Below the pieces are notes generated by a model. It was not told where the DNA came from and searched no databases. It saw nothing but the letters and a program-made list of their open reading frames with translations. The position numbers were made by a program, and so were the translations under genes. From NCBI GenBank assembly GCA_016872285.1, contig VGZZ01000001.1, positions 101,536 through 165,535 on the forward strand: a stretch of DNA of 64,000 nucleotides, written 5' to 3'. Positions 1 through 9,974 of this stretch are shown piece by piece (positions within the stretch are counted from its first letter, which is position 1; every line of letters begins with the position of its first letter). The DNA is from SAR202 cluster bacterium. Its GTDB lineage: Bacteria; Chloroflexota; Dehalococcoidia; Lucifugimonadales; GCA-2712585.

Positions 1-350
1 CCGCCGCCGTCGGCGCAGCCCGAGTCTCCCTGCTTCAGCTTAACCCCCGGCTGGAGGAGGCCGGACGAAGCCTAGGCAAAGGCGGGCTGGCCGTTATGCG
101 CTCTATCACCCTCCCCCTCATGCGGCCCGGCCTCCTGGCGGGCGCCGCCCTGGTCTTCCTCCTGACCATGAAAGAACTCCCCGCCACCCTGATCCTCAGC
201 CCCATCGGCTTCCGCACCCTCGCCACCCAGGTCTGGGACGCCTCCTCCGAGGCCTTCTTCGCCCGGGCCGCCGCCAGTGCCCTCATTCTTGTTTTGGTAT
301 CATCTATTCCAATGGCTATCCTCGTTCTACGAGATTACAGGTCACGATGA
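1..350 (+). CDS. ABC transporter permease, C-terminal fragment (5' end outside window)
   Basis: Frame of ORF 96..350 stays open to the window edge. Hydrophobic C-terminal helices (LLAGAALVFLLTMKELPATLILSP) resemble FbpB/ThiP-type permeases. Its stop overlaps the next start (ATGA, 347-350). Confidence 0.7.
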   Translation, partial: AAVGAARVSLLQLNPRLEEAGRSLGKGGLAVMRSITLPLMRPGLLAGAALVFLLTMKELPATLILSPIGFRTLATQVWDASSEAFFARAAASALILVLVSSIPMAILVLRDYRSR

Positions 351-1402
351 CAACACCCCTAGCCCTTCAATGCGCCCATCTGTCCAAGCGCTTTCCGGGC
401 GGCGGCGGCATCTCTGACCTAAGCCTGGACGTGCGTCAGGGCGAAGTCGTAGCACTCCTCGGCCCCAGCGGCTGCGGCAAGACCACCACCCTCAGGCTCG
501 TCGCCGGCTTCGAAGCCCCGGACTCCGGCGCCATCGATATCGCTGGCCGGCCGGTGGCTGCCCACAACGCCTTCCTCCCTCCCGAAAAGCGAAAGGTCGG
601 CATGGTCTTCCAGGACTACGCCCTCTTCCCTCACCTCACCGTGGCTCAAAACGTGGCTTTCGGCCTCCCCAATAACCCTCGCCGGGATGCGCGAGTCCGC
701 AACGTTCTCTCCATGGTCGGCCTTCTCCTCCTCCACTCCCGATATCCCCACCAGCTATCCGGCGGCGAGCAGCAGCGCGTCGCCCTGGCTCGCGCTCTGG
801 CCCCCGAGCCTGCCATCCTACTCCTGGACGAGCCATTCTCCAACCTTGACGCCAAGCTCCGACAGCAAGTCCGAGAGGAGGTCAAGGAAATTTTGGAGAC
901 CAGCGGCGTCACCGCCGTCTTCGTCACTCACGACCAGGAAGAGGCCTTCTATATGGGCCATCGAGTCGCCGTGCTCAATCAGGGCCGCCTTGAGCAGGCG
1001 GGAACGCCCGAGGACATCTACCATCATCCCGCCACCGCTTTCGTCGCCAGGTTCGTCGGCGTCGCCGACTTCCTCGCCGTCGTCTCCCAAAGCGGCGCCC
1101 CCGTCACCGACGCCGGCCCCATCCCCCCTGGCAACATCGAAGCGCTTGAGGACGGCCTCGAAGTCATGGTACGCCCCGACGACGTGGCCTTTGAGCCTTC
1201 TGAAAACGGCCAGGGGCGCATTATCTCCTGCCGATTTCAGGGCGCCTCCACCCTCTACCGCCTCCTCCTGGACTCCGGCGAGACCGTCCACGCCCTCAGC
1301 GCCTCCCCACGCAGCTATCCTGCCGGCGCCCGGGTCAGGGTCTGGCTCCAGCCAGGCCATCGTCTCGTCTGTTTCAAGGGCGGCCACGCAGTCCGCTTAT
1401 AG
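347..1402 (+). CDS. ABC transporter ATP-binding protein (FbpC/PotA type with C-terminal TOBE-like domain)
   Basis: Walker A GPSGCGKTT, ABC signature LSGGEQQRVALARAL, Walker B ILLLDEPFS. Confidence 0.9.
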   Translation: MTTPLALQCAHLSKRFPGGGGISDLSLDVRQGEVVALLGPSGCGKTTTLRLVAGFEAPDSGAIDIAGRPVAAHNAFLPPEKRKVGMVFQDYALFPHLTVAQNVAFGLPNNPRRDARVRNVLSMVGLLLLHSRYPHQLSGGEQQRVALARALAPEPAILLLDEPFSNLDAKLRQQVREEVKEILETSGVTAVFVTHDQEEAFYMGHRVAVLNQGRLEQAGTPEDIYHHPATAFVARFVGVADFLAVVSQSGAPVTDAGPIPPGNIEALEDGLEVMVRPDDVAFEPSENGQGRIISCRFQGASTLYRLLLDSGETVHALSASPRSYPAGARVRVWLQPGHRLVCFKGGHAVRL

Positions 1403-1403
1403 A

Positions 1404-1431
1404 AAAGCCCACCTAATTATGGCGGGCTTTC
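1404..1431. terminator. Bidirectional hairpin between convergent genes
   Basis: AAAGCCCAC-ctaattatg-GCGGGCTTT, with an A-run before and a T-run after. Confidence 0.5.
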
Positions 1432-1453
1432 TGCGCATGCGTCAGAACTGCGA

Positions 1454-2017
1454 CTAAGGCTTTCGACCAAACATCGCGATCATCTTGTCCTGGGCGCTCG
1501 CATTGTCAGGCACCTTGACCGCGGGCCCAAACACCCTGGGGTCTCGCATCTTGTCGATGTGCGGAGCAAAGGCGTTATAACATACCAGCACGTGTCTAGC
1601 GTCCAGCTTCGTGTCCTGCTTGGTGGCCTTGGCCAGGTCCCACCCATGCACTAACTGGTCCATAAAACAAGCCATCATGAACTGAGCAGCGGGCATAGGA
1701 CCGATAGGGGTATTCACCGTCTTTTGCATAACGCCCGGAGTTTTTGCCGTCGCTACCACGTTTTTAACACCGGCATCATATTTAGCCAGATTCCCAGAGC
1801 CGGGTTTAGGTTCGCCCGCCAGCTGTCCTCCCTTCAAAATAGTTATAGCAAAGTCCGTCCCGCCAGCTAAATGGTCAACGAGGTCTTGCACATTCCATTT
1901 TGCACACGGGGTCGAGTCTTTAAGCTGGTTGGATTTCACTCCCGCGATAATCTTTCGTGTGTTCTTCGCCGCCGCCTCGTACAGCTCCACCGGGTTAGGC
2001 ATCTGCTGAGTCGTCAT
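1454..2017 (-). CDS. DinB-like / TIGR03086-type protein (mycothiol maleylpyruvate isomerase N-terminal-domain-like)
   Basis: 187-aa ORF with the family-like pattern WNVQDLVDHL...LVHGWDLAKAT. Family assignment is from memory of this protein class. Confidence 0.55.
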   Translation of the reverse strand: MTTQQMPNPVELYEAAAKNTRKIIAGVKSNQLKDSTPCAKWNVQDLVDHLAGGTDFAITILKGGQLAGEPKPGSGNLAKYDAGVKNVVATAKTPGVMQKTVNTPIGPMPAAQFMMACFMDQLVHGWDLAKATKQDTKLDARHVLVCYNAFAPHIDKMRDPRVFGPAVKVPDNASAQDKMIAMFGRKP

Positions 2018-2070
2018 TTATGTCTCCTTGTAGTAAAAAACTATTGCGTGCTAAGCCTGCAGCTAATAGA

Positions 2071-2100
2071 AAAGCTGGCGAGTTTGAATTCGCCAGCTTT
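2071..2100 (-). terminator. Intrinsic terminator between the two DinB-like paralogs
   Basis: 9-bp stem AGCTGGCGA/TCGCCAGCT. On the minus strand it is followed by TTTTCT. Confidence 0.55.
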
Positions 2101-2119
2101 CTACCACGCATCGCCCGCC

Positions 2120-2683
2120 TTATGGCTTCCTTCCCATCGCCCCCAGCAGTTTATCCTGTGTGCTGGCATTGGCCGGCACCTGCACCCGCGGCCCAAAGAA
2201 TCGAGGGTCCCGCATCTTGTCTATCTGCTGGTTGAACGCGTTATAAAGAATTTCCGCATGCTTGGAGTCCATCTTGGTATCCTGCTTGGTGGCCTTTGCC
2301 AGGTCCCAGCCGTGGACGACCAAATCCATGAACGGCATCATAATAAAATGAGCGCCGGTCATGGGCCCAAAAGGAGTTGGATAACTCTTCTGTAGGGCTC
2401 CAGGAGCCTTGATTGCGGCGACTACATTTTTAATGCCAGCGTCGTAGGCAGCCAGATTGCCGGAGCCAGGCTTGGTCTCCGAGGGTTGCTTTCCAGAAAG
2501 TATCGAAGAGCAGAAGTCCGGAACGTCGACGGTAATATGATCAATTAATGCTTACACATTCCACGTCGAGCAGGGGGTGGAGTCCTTAAGCTGATTGGGC
2601 TTTACTCCGGAAAGGATTTTTCGAGTGTTTTTAGCCGCGGCTTCAAATAGGTCAATGGGATTCGGCATCTGCTACGTCGCCAT
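2120..2683 (-). pseudogene. Tandem paralog of the 1454..2017 gene, inactivated by two in-frame nonsense codons
   Basis: Exactly the same length (564 nt) and alignable end to end with the neighbour. Codon 4 is TAG (2672-2674, Gln in the intact copy) and codon 44 is TAA (2552-2554, Gln in the intact copy). I saw no indels. Confidence 0.75.
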
Positions 2684-2753
2684 GTAACTCCTCCTGCAAA
2701 CTTAAGAGTCGTAGGATTGTAAGCCTTCACTTACAACAATGCAAGGCTTATAG

Positions 2754-3887
2754 TTAACGTCCCACCGTCTCTTCCATCAGTCGCAGCACGTTCTCCCCCA
2801 GCACCTTCCGCACCTCCTGTTCCGAATATCCCCGCCTCAGCAGTTCCTCCGTCAACAGTGGCAGCTTAGTGCAGTCGTCGATGTCCTGGGGTATGCAGTA
2901 GAAGTTCAGGTCGATTCCCAGCCCCACGTGGTCAATCCCCGCCAGGTTCGCCACGTAGTCAATCTGGTCGGCGATGTGCTGCAACCGCGGCCTGCTCTCA
3001 AACCGCGCCGACGTCGCGTCAAACCTAGCCTGTAGCTTTTTCATCTCGCCTTCCAGCGCCTGCGGGTCTTTGTATTTGTTGCGAAGCTCCCATATCTCCA
3101 GCTTGGTCTTCTGCGTCAGGTCCTCGAACTCCTGCCGGTACGGCTCCCACAAGAACTGGCTGACGAAGCACACGCACACCACGCCGCCATTCTTTTTCAT
3201 TGCCTTGATCTGCTCGTCCTTCATGTTTCGAGGGTGCTGGCACAGCGCCCACGCCGACGAATGCGACGCGATGACCGGCTTCTTAGCCGCCGACATCACG
3301 TCCCAGAAAGTCTTCTCGGAGGCGTGAGATACGTCCACCATCATCCCCAGCCGCTCCATCTCCCGCACCACCTCCCGCCCGAAGTCCGTGACCCCGTTAT
3401 GCCTTGACTTGTCCAGCACCCCGTCGGCCCAGTTATTGGAGTTGTTCCAGGTCAGCGTCATATACCGAACGCCCAGTTCGTGGTAAATCCGCAGCACCGC
3501 CAGGTCGTCCTCAATGGCGTGTCCGCCCTCGATGGCCAGAATCGCCGACCGCTTCCCCTGCTTAGCTAGGCCCCTCACATCCGATGCAGTCTTCGCCAGC
3601 CCTATATCCTTGGGGTAGCGTTCGCACAGCCGCTTCACCGCGTCCGCCATGTCCAGCACCCGCTTGATGGACTGCCCCCTCGGTATGTACTTTGGATCGA
3701 CAAAGCAGGCGAAGAACTGCGACGTTAAGTTTCCTTCCTTCAGCCTCGGCAGGTCTGAAAACCCGTCCCCCAGCCGCTGCCCCAGATCCTCGTGCGTGTC
3801 CGTCTCCCTATCGATACTGTCTGTATGTGTATCGATGACAATCGATGAATAATGCAGCTTCCTGGCCCTCTCGCTAACGTTGACCAT
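2754..3887 (-). CDS. Membrane dipeptidase (peptidase family M19)
   Basis: Motifs IDTHTD, TLTWNNSNNWADG, DVSHASEKTF and SHSSAWALCQHPRNM are typical of renal-dipeptidase-family enzymes. Confidence 0.9.
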   Translation of the reverse strand: MVNVSERARKLHYSSIVIDTHTDSIDRETDTHEDLGQRLGDGFSDLPRLKEGNLTSQFFACFVDPKYIPRGQSIKRVLDMADAVKRLCERYPKDIGLAKTASDVRGLAKQGKRSAILAIEGGHAIEDDLAVLRIYHELGVRYMTLTWNNSNNWADGVLDKSRHNGVTDFGREVVREMERLGMMVDVSHASEKTFWDVMSAAKKPVIASHSSAWALCQHPRNMKDEQIKAMKKNGGVVCVCFVSQFLWEPYRQEFEDLTQKTKLEIWELRNKYKDPQALEGEMKKLQARFDATSARFESRPRLQHIADQIDYVANLAGIDHVGLGIDLNFYCIPQDIDDCTKLPLLTEELLRRGYSEQEVRKVLGENVLRLMEETVGR

Positions 3888-3980
3888 ATTTCACCCCTGA
3901 ACCCCGATCTGGCAGGACTCTATACCCCCCGTAGCATTCAGTCAAATGTGGAGAGTCAATCTAATTGGGTGCGTCCACCC

Positions 3981-4010
3981 TTGATGCCTCCCAAACCGAC
4001 TTGCTACAAT
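3981..4010 (+). promoter_or_regulatory. Candidate sigma-70-type promoter with extended -10
   Basis: TTGATG (3981-3986), an 18-nt spacer, then TGcTACAAT (4002-4010). The GTG start codon is at 4018. Confidence 0.4.
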
Positions 4011-4017
4011 TCCAACC

Positions 4018-5538
4018 GTGCTTTTACCCCGCATTGCTCGGTTGCCCTTGGCGGCAATTCCACTTCTCACCCTCGCCTGCGCCCAAGCCGGCGACACCCC
4101 CTCCATCTCCCCAGACCCGGGGTCTCTCACACCTCATCCCACAGTCACCCTCGACAATCCCACTGTTTCCGCTTCTCCAACTCCTCCCCCTACGCCTACT
4201 CTGCCTTTGGTTTTGCCTTCGACAGCCTCTCCCATCCTCGTATCTCCCACCGCCTCTCCTACACCCTCCCACACCCCGACCCGCGTCCCCGCACCCACAC
4301 CCACTCCCACCCGTCCCACCGCCTCGCCACAGCCCACCACCGGCTCCTTCTCCACCCCCACACCCAAAAGTATAAAGCTGGACTGCCGTCCTCACTCCTT
4401 TCCCCAGCGCACCCAGGCCAGTCTGGCCGTTGACCCGACCGACGACCGCAAGCTCTACATTGGTGTCGAACAGGAAGGCTTCTTCAAGACCACCGACGGT
4501 GGTCTTAATTGGCAGCGCGCCACCAAAGGCATCAAAGCCTGGGAGCGCCTGAACGATACCGGCTTCTGCTACGAGGAGTTCTACGAGACTATTATCAACC
4601 CCAAGAATCCCAATCATATATGTATCGCCATGGCCGGCGGCCCCGGCACTGTTAAGACCCCCTCTAGCGCCGGCAATAACGGCGTCTATTGCTCCCACGA
4701 CGCCGCCAACACCTGGACCCAGACGATGACTGACACCATGAACACCGCTGTTTATACCCTGGCTGCGGACCCCCGCGACTTCAACGTCATGTACGCTGGC
4801 GTCAACGGCGGCCCCTGCTCCAACGGCCCTCCCGTCTGCGAGGTCGGCACCTACTACAACACCACCGGCGCCATCTACAAGACCACCGATGGCGGCAAGA
4901 CCTGGACCGAGCTGGACGCGCTGTATATCAAGGACTTGCGGGTAAACGTTGTCCGAATAGACCAGAACAACCCAGACGTCGTCATCGCCTCCACCTTCTC
5001 CAAGCTTCCCCCCAACCTCGCTGGCCCCGGTAGCTTCGGCGACGCCAAGCAGCTAGGTCTGCTTCGCTCTACCGACGGCGGTAAGACCTGGACCGCCTCC
5101 ATCGACGGCATGAACCCCGACCCCCGAGAGCAGGCCCTCCTCGGCATGGCCATGTCCACTAGGAACGGCTCCCGCGTATACGTCACCGCCTCCAGCAACC
5201 AGTCCTACTGGTCTAACGACGGCGGCGTCACTTTCAATCGCGCTCCTCGCATGTCCACCATGGCCTTTAACCCCCACGACTCCACCGGCCTCCACATGCT
5301 GGCCACCAAAGGCGAGTTCATTAAAGAGAGCAAAGACGGCGGCAAGACCTGGACTGATATAGCCAAGACGCCTGGTTATGTATCCTTTGATAAAGGCGTC
5401 CCCACTGACATCGAATGGAGCCTGAGCAGCCCCAACACTGTCTTCCTCGTCGGCCCCTACGCCTCCATATATAAGTCCACTGATGGCGGCAAGACCTGGA
5501 CCCAAATCCTCTCCGCCGACAAGCTCCCCAAACAATAG
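4018..5538 (+). CDS. Secreted protein with a Pro/Thr/Ser-rich linker and BNR/Asp-box beta-propeller repeats
   Basis: N-terminal signal peptide (MLLPRIARLPLAAIPLLTLACAQA), a linker of about 95 aa rich in P/T/S, and repeated S/T-x-D-G-G-x-T/N-W boxes (TTDGGLNW, TTDGGKTW, STDGGKTW, SKDGGKTW). GTG start. Confidence 0.8.
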   Translation: MLLPRIARLPLAAIPLLTLACAQAGDTPSISPDPGSLTPHPTVTLDNPTVSASPTPPPTPTLPLVLPSTASPILVSPTASPTPSHTPTRVPAPTPTPTRPTASPQPTTGSFSTPTPKSIKLDCRPHSFPQRTQASLAVDPTDDRKLYIGVEQEGFFKTTDGGLNWQRATKGIKAWERLNDTGFCYEEFYETIINPKNPNHICIAMAGGPGTVKTPSSAGNNGVYCSHDAANTWTQTMTDTMNTAVYTLAADPRDFNVMYAGVNGGPCSNGPPVCEVGTYYNTTGAIYKTTDGGKTWTELDALYIKDLRVNVVRIDQNNPDVVIASTFSKLPPNLAGPGSFGDAKQLGLLRSTDGGKTWTASIDGMNPDPREQALLGMAMSTRNGSRVYVTASSNQSYWSNDGGVTFNRAPRMSTMAFNPHDSTGLHMLATKGEFIKESKDGGKTWTDIAKTPGYVSFDKGVPTDIEWSLSSPNTVFLVGPYASIYKSTDGGKTWTQILSADKLPKQ

Positions 5539-5548
5539 GCGAGACGGA

Positions 5549-8500
5549 TTAACTAGCGGCCAGCGCCTTCTCCAGCCTCTCCGCGTCCGAAGGGCTCAGG
5601 TTGAAATACTTGGCCTGCGGGTGGTGGAATACCAGCGCGCTCACCGACCCCTCCGGCTCCATCATGAACCCCTCCGTCAAACCGACGCCAATGTGTCTCT
5701 CCGGCTCCAGCAGCCTCCACAACTGTCCCTGGTCATCCAATCGAGGGCACGCCGGATAGCCAAAGGAGAACCGCCGCCCCTGATAATTGGCCTTGAACAA
5801 GTCCTGCTTGGATATGCCAGCGGGGTCCTGAAATCCCCACATAGCACGCATCTTCTGGTGCAGTAGCTCGGCAAAGGCCTCCGCCCCCTCCAGCGCCAGC
5901 ACCTGCAATATATGCGAGTCCAAATACCGTCCATGCCCCTTCCACATCTCCGCCAGCACCCTCACCCCTGGGCCTATCGTCGTCACAAACGCGCCGATGT
6001 AATCCGCCTTCCCCGACGACCTCGGCAGCAAATAGTCCGACAGACACAGCCCATCACCTCCAGACTGCCTCCCAAATCGGAACCGCTCCAGCACATCCCT
6101 TCCGTCCGGCGACAACACCACCACATCATCTCCTTCTGACGCCGCCCTGAAGAACTTGTACACCGCGTCAGCTTTTATATCCTCTCGGATGAGCATCGCA
6201 TCCTCTACCGCCTTCACCTGGTCACGAAGCTCTATCGCCTTGGCATCGCCCGCGTCCAGCGCCTCCTCAAACCGCCCCTTGAATCCCAGGTGACGTGTGT
6301 ACAGCATCACCGGGTTTATATAGTCGAATATCTCCGATAGGTCGTAGCCCTTGATGATATGCAGCTTCAAGTCCGGCGGCGCGGGCACAGACTCCACCAC
6401 CGACACCGTACCCTTCGGCAGCTCCGTCGGCCTCAAGTCCCGCCTCCCCGCCTCTTTCGCCGCCTCGTCCGCCTCCAGCAGCCGGCCCTCCTCGTCCACT
6501 GTCGCCTTCATCCTCGCCCGCTCCTCCGGCTCGCGGATACGGTTCGCCAGTTCTAGGCCCGTCATGGCGTCCTTGGCGTAAGCCACAAGACCTTCTTCAT
6601 ACTGCGGCGCAATACGCAGTCGAGTAAACCGATTAGTCAGCGCGGCGCCGCCCACCAGTATCGGGCACTCTATCTCCGCGTCCCGCAGGTCCCGCACCGT
6701 CTCCACCATCATCTGCGCCGACTTCACCAGCAGCCCTGACAGCCCTATCATGTCCGGCCTGTGCTGCTGGTACGCTGCAATCAAGTCCTGCGGCGGCACC
6801 TTAATGCCAAGGTTTATTACCTTATAGCCATTGTTGGACAATATTATGTCCACCAGGTTCTTGCCGATGTCATGGACGTCGCCCTTCACCGTCGCCAGAA
6901 TAATAGACCCCCGCGACGCCGCCTCTGCCTTCTCCATGTGCGGCTCCAGGTGCGCCACCGCCGACTTCATCGCCTCCGCCGAGCTCAACACCTCCGCCAC
7001 GATAAGTTCATTCCTTGCGAACAGCCTTCCCACCTCATCCATCCCTGCCATCAGCGGACCGTTGATTATCTCCAGCGGCCTCCGGCCCTTCATCGCCTCG
7101 TCCAGGTCCTCCAGCAGCCCCTCCTTGGAACCCTCGATTATGCAGTTAGCTATGCGCTGGTCCAGCGGCAGCTTCTTCCTATCCTCCAGCGTCCGCTCCA
7201 CCTTCCGCTCCCGGAAGTGGGCTGCGAAGGCCGCCACCGGGTCCTCGCCCCGCTGCCATATCAAGTCCTCCGACAGCCTCCGCTCCTCTTCGGGAATCGA
7301 CGCATACCGCACCAGCCGTTCGCTGTTAACTATCGCCATATCAAGTCCGGCCTGGACGCAGTGGTAAAGGAATACGGAGTTCAGCACCTCCCGCCCCGAC
7401 GCTGGCAGCCCAAAGGACACGTTTGATATACCCAGCACTGTCTTGCACAGCTGGAACCTCTCCTTAATCAGCCGCACGCCTTCAATGGTCTCCATCCCTG
7501 CCGTGACGTAGTTTTGGTCTCCCGTTCCGATGGGAAACACTAAGGGGTCGAAAATAATGTCTTCCGGCGGGATGCCGTACTTCTCCGTCAGCAGCTTGTA
7601 AGAGCGCTCCGCTATCTGAAGCTTCCGCTCCCTCGTTATCGCCTGCGCCTGCTTCTTATCCTCGTCGATGCATCCCACCACCAGCGCCGCCCCAAACTGC
7701 CGGGCTAGCGGCACCACACGCTTGAACCGCTCCTCGCCATCCTCCAGGTTTATCGAGTTTATTACACCCTTCCCTGGCAGCTTCTTCAGCGACTGGTGAA
7801 GCACATTGGCGTCCGTCGAGTCTAGCATAATCGGGACCTTAACTTTGCGAAGCAGGTGGTCCAAAAACGTCGAAATATCCGCCATCTCGTGCCGGTCCGG
7901 GTCCTGCAAGCACACGTCCAGTATGTGCGCGCCGCCCCGTACCTGCCGCCGCCCCACCTCCGACGCCTCCTCGAACTTCCCTTCGGCAATCAACTTCTTG
8001 AACTGGCGGCTGCCCAGCACGTTCGTCCGCTCTCCCACTAAAATGGGACGCGTGCTTTCGTCCACCGTCAGCGGCTCTAGCCCCGATATCATAGTAATGT
8101 TCAGTTGCGCTAGCTTCCTTGGCTTCTCAACCTCTGTTATGGAGTGAAGCCTGGCGATGTGCTCTTGGCTCGTCCCGCAGCATCCGCCGATGACGTTGAC
8201 CCATCCTTCGTGTGCATAGACTCCCAACGTCCTCGCCATCATCTCCGGCGTCTGGTTGTACTGGCCGTTTTCGTCTGGCAGCCCGGCGTTAGGTATTACA
8301 GCCACCGGGAACCGCGACAGCCTAGCTAGCGTCCGCACGTGGTCTCTCATGAACTCCGGCCCCGTGGCGCAGTTCATCCCAATCCACAGCAGCTCGCGAT
8401 TCGCCAGCGACACGTAAAACGCCTCAATGTCCTGCCCCCCCAGCGTTGTGCCCATGGTCTCGATGGTGCACTGCACCGCCACCGGCACCTCCTCCCCAAG

Positions 8501-9061
8501 GTCCTTCGACAGCTTCTCAATAGCCGCCAGCGCAGCCTTCACGTTCAACGTATCCTGTTGCGTCTCCACTAGCATAAAATCGGCGCCGCCCTCCCAAAGA
8601 CCGGCGGCCTGCGTGTAGAAGTGCTCTACCAGCTCATTCCAGGTGACCCCTCCCGTGACCGATATCGCCTTCGTCGTCGGCCCCATAGACCCCGCCACAA
8701 ACCGCGGCTTCCCGTTGGTCGAAAACTCGTCCGCCGCCTCTCTCGCAATCCTCGCCGACGCCGCGCTTATCTCCACCGCCCGCTCCGCCAGCCCGTACTC
8801 CCCCAGCACTAGCGGTGTGCTTCCAAACGAGTTTGTCTCAATGATGTCCGCCCCCGCCTCCAGGTAAGACCGGTGTATCTCTCCGATGACGTCAGGCCGG
8901 GTAATGTTTAAATACTCGTTGCATCCCTCAAGCTGCGTCCCGCCAAAATCCGACGCCGTCAGTTTGTACTGCTGTATGCGAGTGCCCATAGCCCCATCCA
9001 CCAGCAAAATACGCTGGGACATCAGCTTTTTCATGTGGGCTATGCGCTCTTTTCTATCCAT
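5549..9061 (-). CDS. metH: Cobalamin-dependent methionine synthase
   Basis: 1170 aa covering the homocysteine-binding, pterin-binding, B12-binding (GDVHDIGKN) and AdoMet-activation domains. Confidence 0.95.
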   Translation of the reverse strand: MDRKERIAHMKKLMSQRILLVDGAMGTRIQQYKLTASDFGGTQLEGCNEYLNITRPDVIGEIHRSYLEAGADIIETNSFGSTPLVLGEYGLAERAVEISAASARIAREAADEFSTNGKPRFVAGSMGPTTKAISVTGGVTWNELVEHFYTQAAGLWEGGADFMLVETQQDTLNVKAALAAIEKLSKDLGEEVPVAVQCTIETMGTTLGGQDIEAFYVSLANRELLWIGMNCATGPEFMRDHVRTLARLSRFPVAVIPNAGLPDENGQYNQTPEMMARTLGVYAHEGWVNVIGGCCGTSQEHIARLHSITEVEKPRKLAQLNITMISGLEPLTVDESTRPILVGERTNVLGSRQFKKLIAEGKFEEASEVGRRQVRGGAHILDVCLQDPDRHEMADISTFLDHLLRKVKVPIMLDSTDANVLHQSLKKLPGKGVINSINLEDGEERFKRVVPLARQFGAALVVGCIDEDKKQAQAITRERKLQIAERSYKLLTEKYGIPPEDIIFDPLVFPIGTGDQNYVTAGMETIEGVRLIKERFQLCKTVLGISNVSFGLPASGREVLNSVFLYHCVQAGLDMAIVNSERLVRYASIPEEERRLSEDLIWQRGEDPVAAFAAHFRERKVERTLEDRKKLPLDQRIANCIIEGSKEGLLEDLDEAMKGRRPLEIINGPLMAGMDEVGRLFARNELIVAEVLSSAEAMKSAVAHLEPHMEKAEAASRGSIILATVKGDVHDIGKNLVDIILSNNGYKVINLGIKVPPQDLIAAYQQHRPDMIGLSGLLVKSAQMMVETVRDLRDAEIECPILVGGAALTNRFTRLRIAPQYEEGLVAYAKDAMTGLELANRIREPEERARMKATVDEEGRLLEADEAAKEAGRRDLRPTELPKGTVSVVESVPAPPDLKLHIIKGYDLSEIFDYINPVMLYTRHLGFKGRFEEALDAGDAKAIELRDQVKAVEDAMLIREDIKADAVYKFFRAASEGDDVVVLSPDGRDVLERFRFGRQSGGDGLCLSDYLLPRSSGKADYIGAFVTTIGPGVRVLAEMWKGHGRYLDSHILQVLALEGAEAFAELLHQKMRAMWGFQDPAGISKQDLFKANYQGRRFSFGYPACPRLDDQGQLWRLLEPERHIGVGLTEGFMMEPEGSVSALVFHHPQAKYFNLSPSDAERLEKALAAS

Positions 9062-9257
9062 GGGTTTTTCTCTACTTAGCCGTAAGTCCAGTCAGCAATT
9101 ACGGATTTCGCCTCTTAGATGAAAATTGTATCTGAGCGGCCTGCCACTATCAATAGATGCCAAGTTTGTTACTTTCAGAAGTGCCCCTCAAAGACCTTAA
9201 CATCGGCATTCCCCTGTGGGATAATGAAATTGACATTTTATCTTTCCTTTGAGTCCT

Positions 9258-9809
9258 ATGCCCAAAAGTTATTGGATGGTGGTCCTCAGTCCCGACAACT
9301 TTAAAATCGCCCGTCAACGCGGCTTCGATATCATCGGCCTCGTGGGCCAGCACCGAAAAAAAGTCCAGCGCATGGAGCCGGGCGACCGCGTCCTCCTCTA
9401 CGTCTCCCACTGGCGATGCTTCACTACCAGCGCCACGGTCACCGCCCCATTCGTAGAAGACCATACCCCCATCTGGAAAGCCGAAGGCGGCAGCAATTTT
9501 CCCTTCCGAGTCGGCATCAAGCCGGACGTTGTCCTTCAGGAAAGCCAGTACATTTACGCCTACCATATCGCCCCTCGAATGGACTACACCCGACGATGGG
9601 TGCCGGAAGACTGGTACCTCGCCTTCCACGGCAGCCTCCACCTCATATCCAAACTAGACTTCCATCTGGTCGAGGATGAACTGCTCCGCTCCCGCCGCCT
9701 GGGCGAAAATCGTCCCCCCTTCTACACCCCCAACTCCCCTGTCCCCAACTCCACCTGTCTACTGGATCAAATGGCGAATGACGAGGTAGGTCGCCCCGCC
9801 TACCGCTAG
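9258..9809 (+). CDS. EVE (PUA-like) domain protein
   Basis: N-terminus PKSYWMVVLSPDNFKIA...GDRVLLYVS resembles EVE/DUF55 proteins. The ATG at 9258 is preferred over the TTG at 9249. Confidence 0.55.
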   Translation: MPKSYWMVVLSPDNFKIARQRGFDIIGLVGQHRKKVQRMEPGDRVLLYVSHWRCFTTSATVTAPFVEDHTPIWKAEGGSNFPFRVGIKPDVVLQESQYIYAYHIAPRMDYTRRWVPEDWYLAFHGSLHLISKLDFHLVEDELLRSRRLGENRPPFYTPNSPVPNSTCLLDQMANDEVGRPAYR

Positions 9810-9974
9810 TCCCTGCCCCCCGTTCCCACCCCATTAAACCACACCCGCAACATTCAACTTATCCTCTTTGTATATCCATTGCGTCTATATGTCTTGCCAT
9901 ACAGTTATGTGATATCAGCCTCTCAACGCAGATAATACCTGCATATATTTAGACCGAGAAAGCGCCGTATTTCT

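Noticed and set aside
687-1457. Long alternative-frame or antisense ORFs rich in Pro/Arg/Ser/Ala/Gly (for example 687..1457, 11141..11881, 31127..31960, 42862..43965, 44161..45198, 45952..46824, 59102..59974)
   Set aside because: They overlap strongly supported genes, have low-complexity composition typical of shadow ORFs in GC-rich DNA, and lack recognisable motifs or SD sequences.
2552-2674. TAG/TAA in the DinB-like paralog read as recoded sense codons (for example pyrrolysine or stop-codon reassignment)
   Set aside because: TAG and TAA terminate many well-supported genes in this window (for example purL, prfB, ribBA and cysS). Both sites align to Gln codons one transition away, so nonsense mutation is the simpler reading.
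9062-9257. SAM/SAH/cobalamin riboswitch in the metH leader
   Set aside because: Only a simple hairpin (CCGTAA...TTACGG) is visible. I recognised no conserved riboswitch core by eye.
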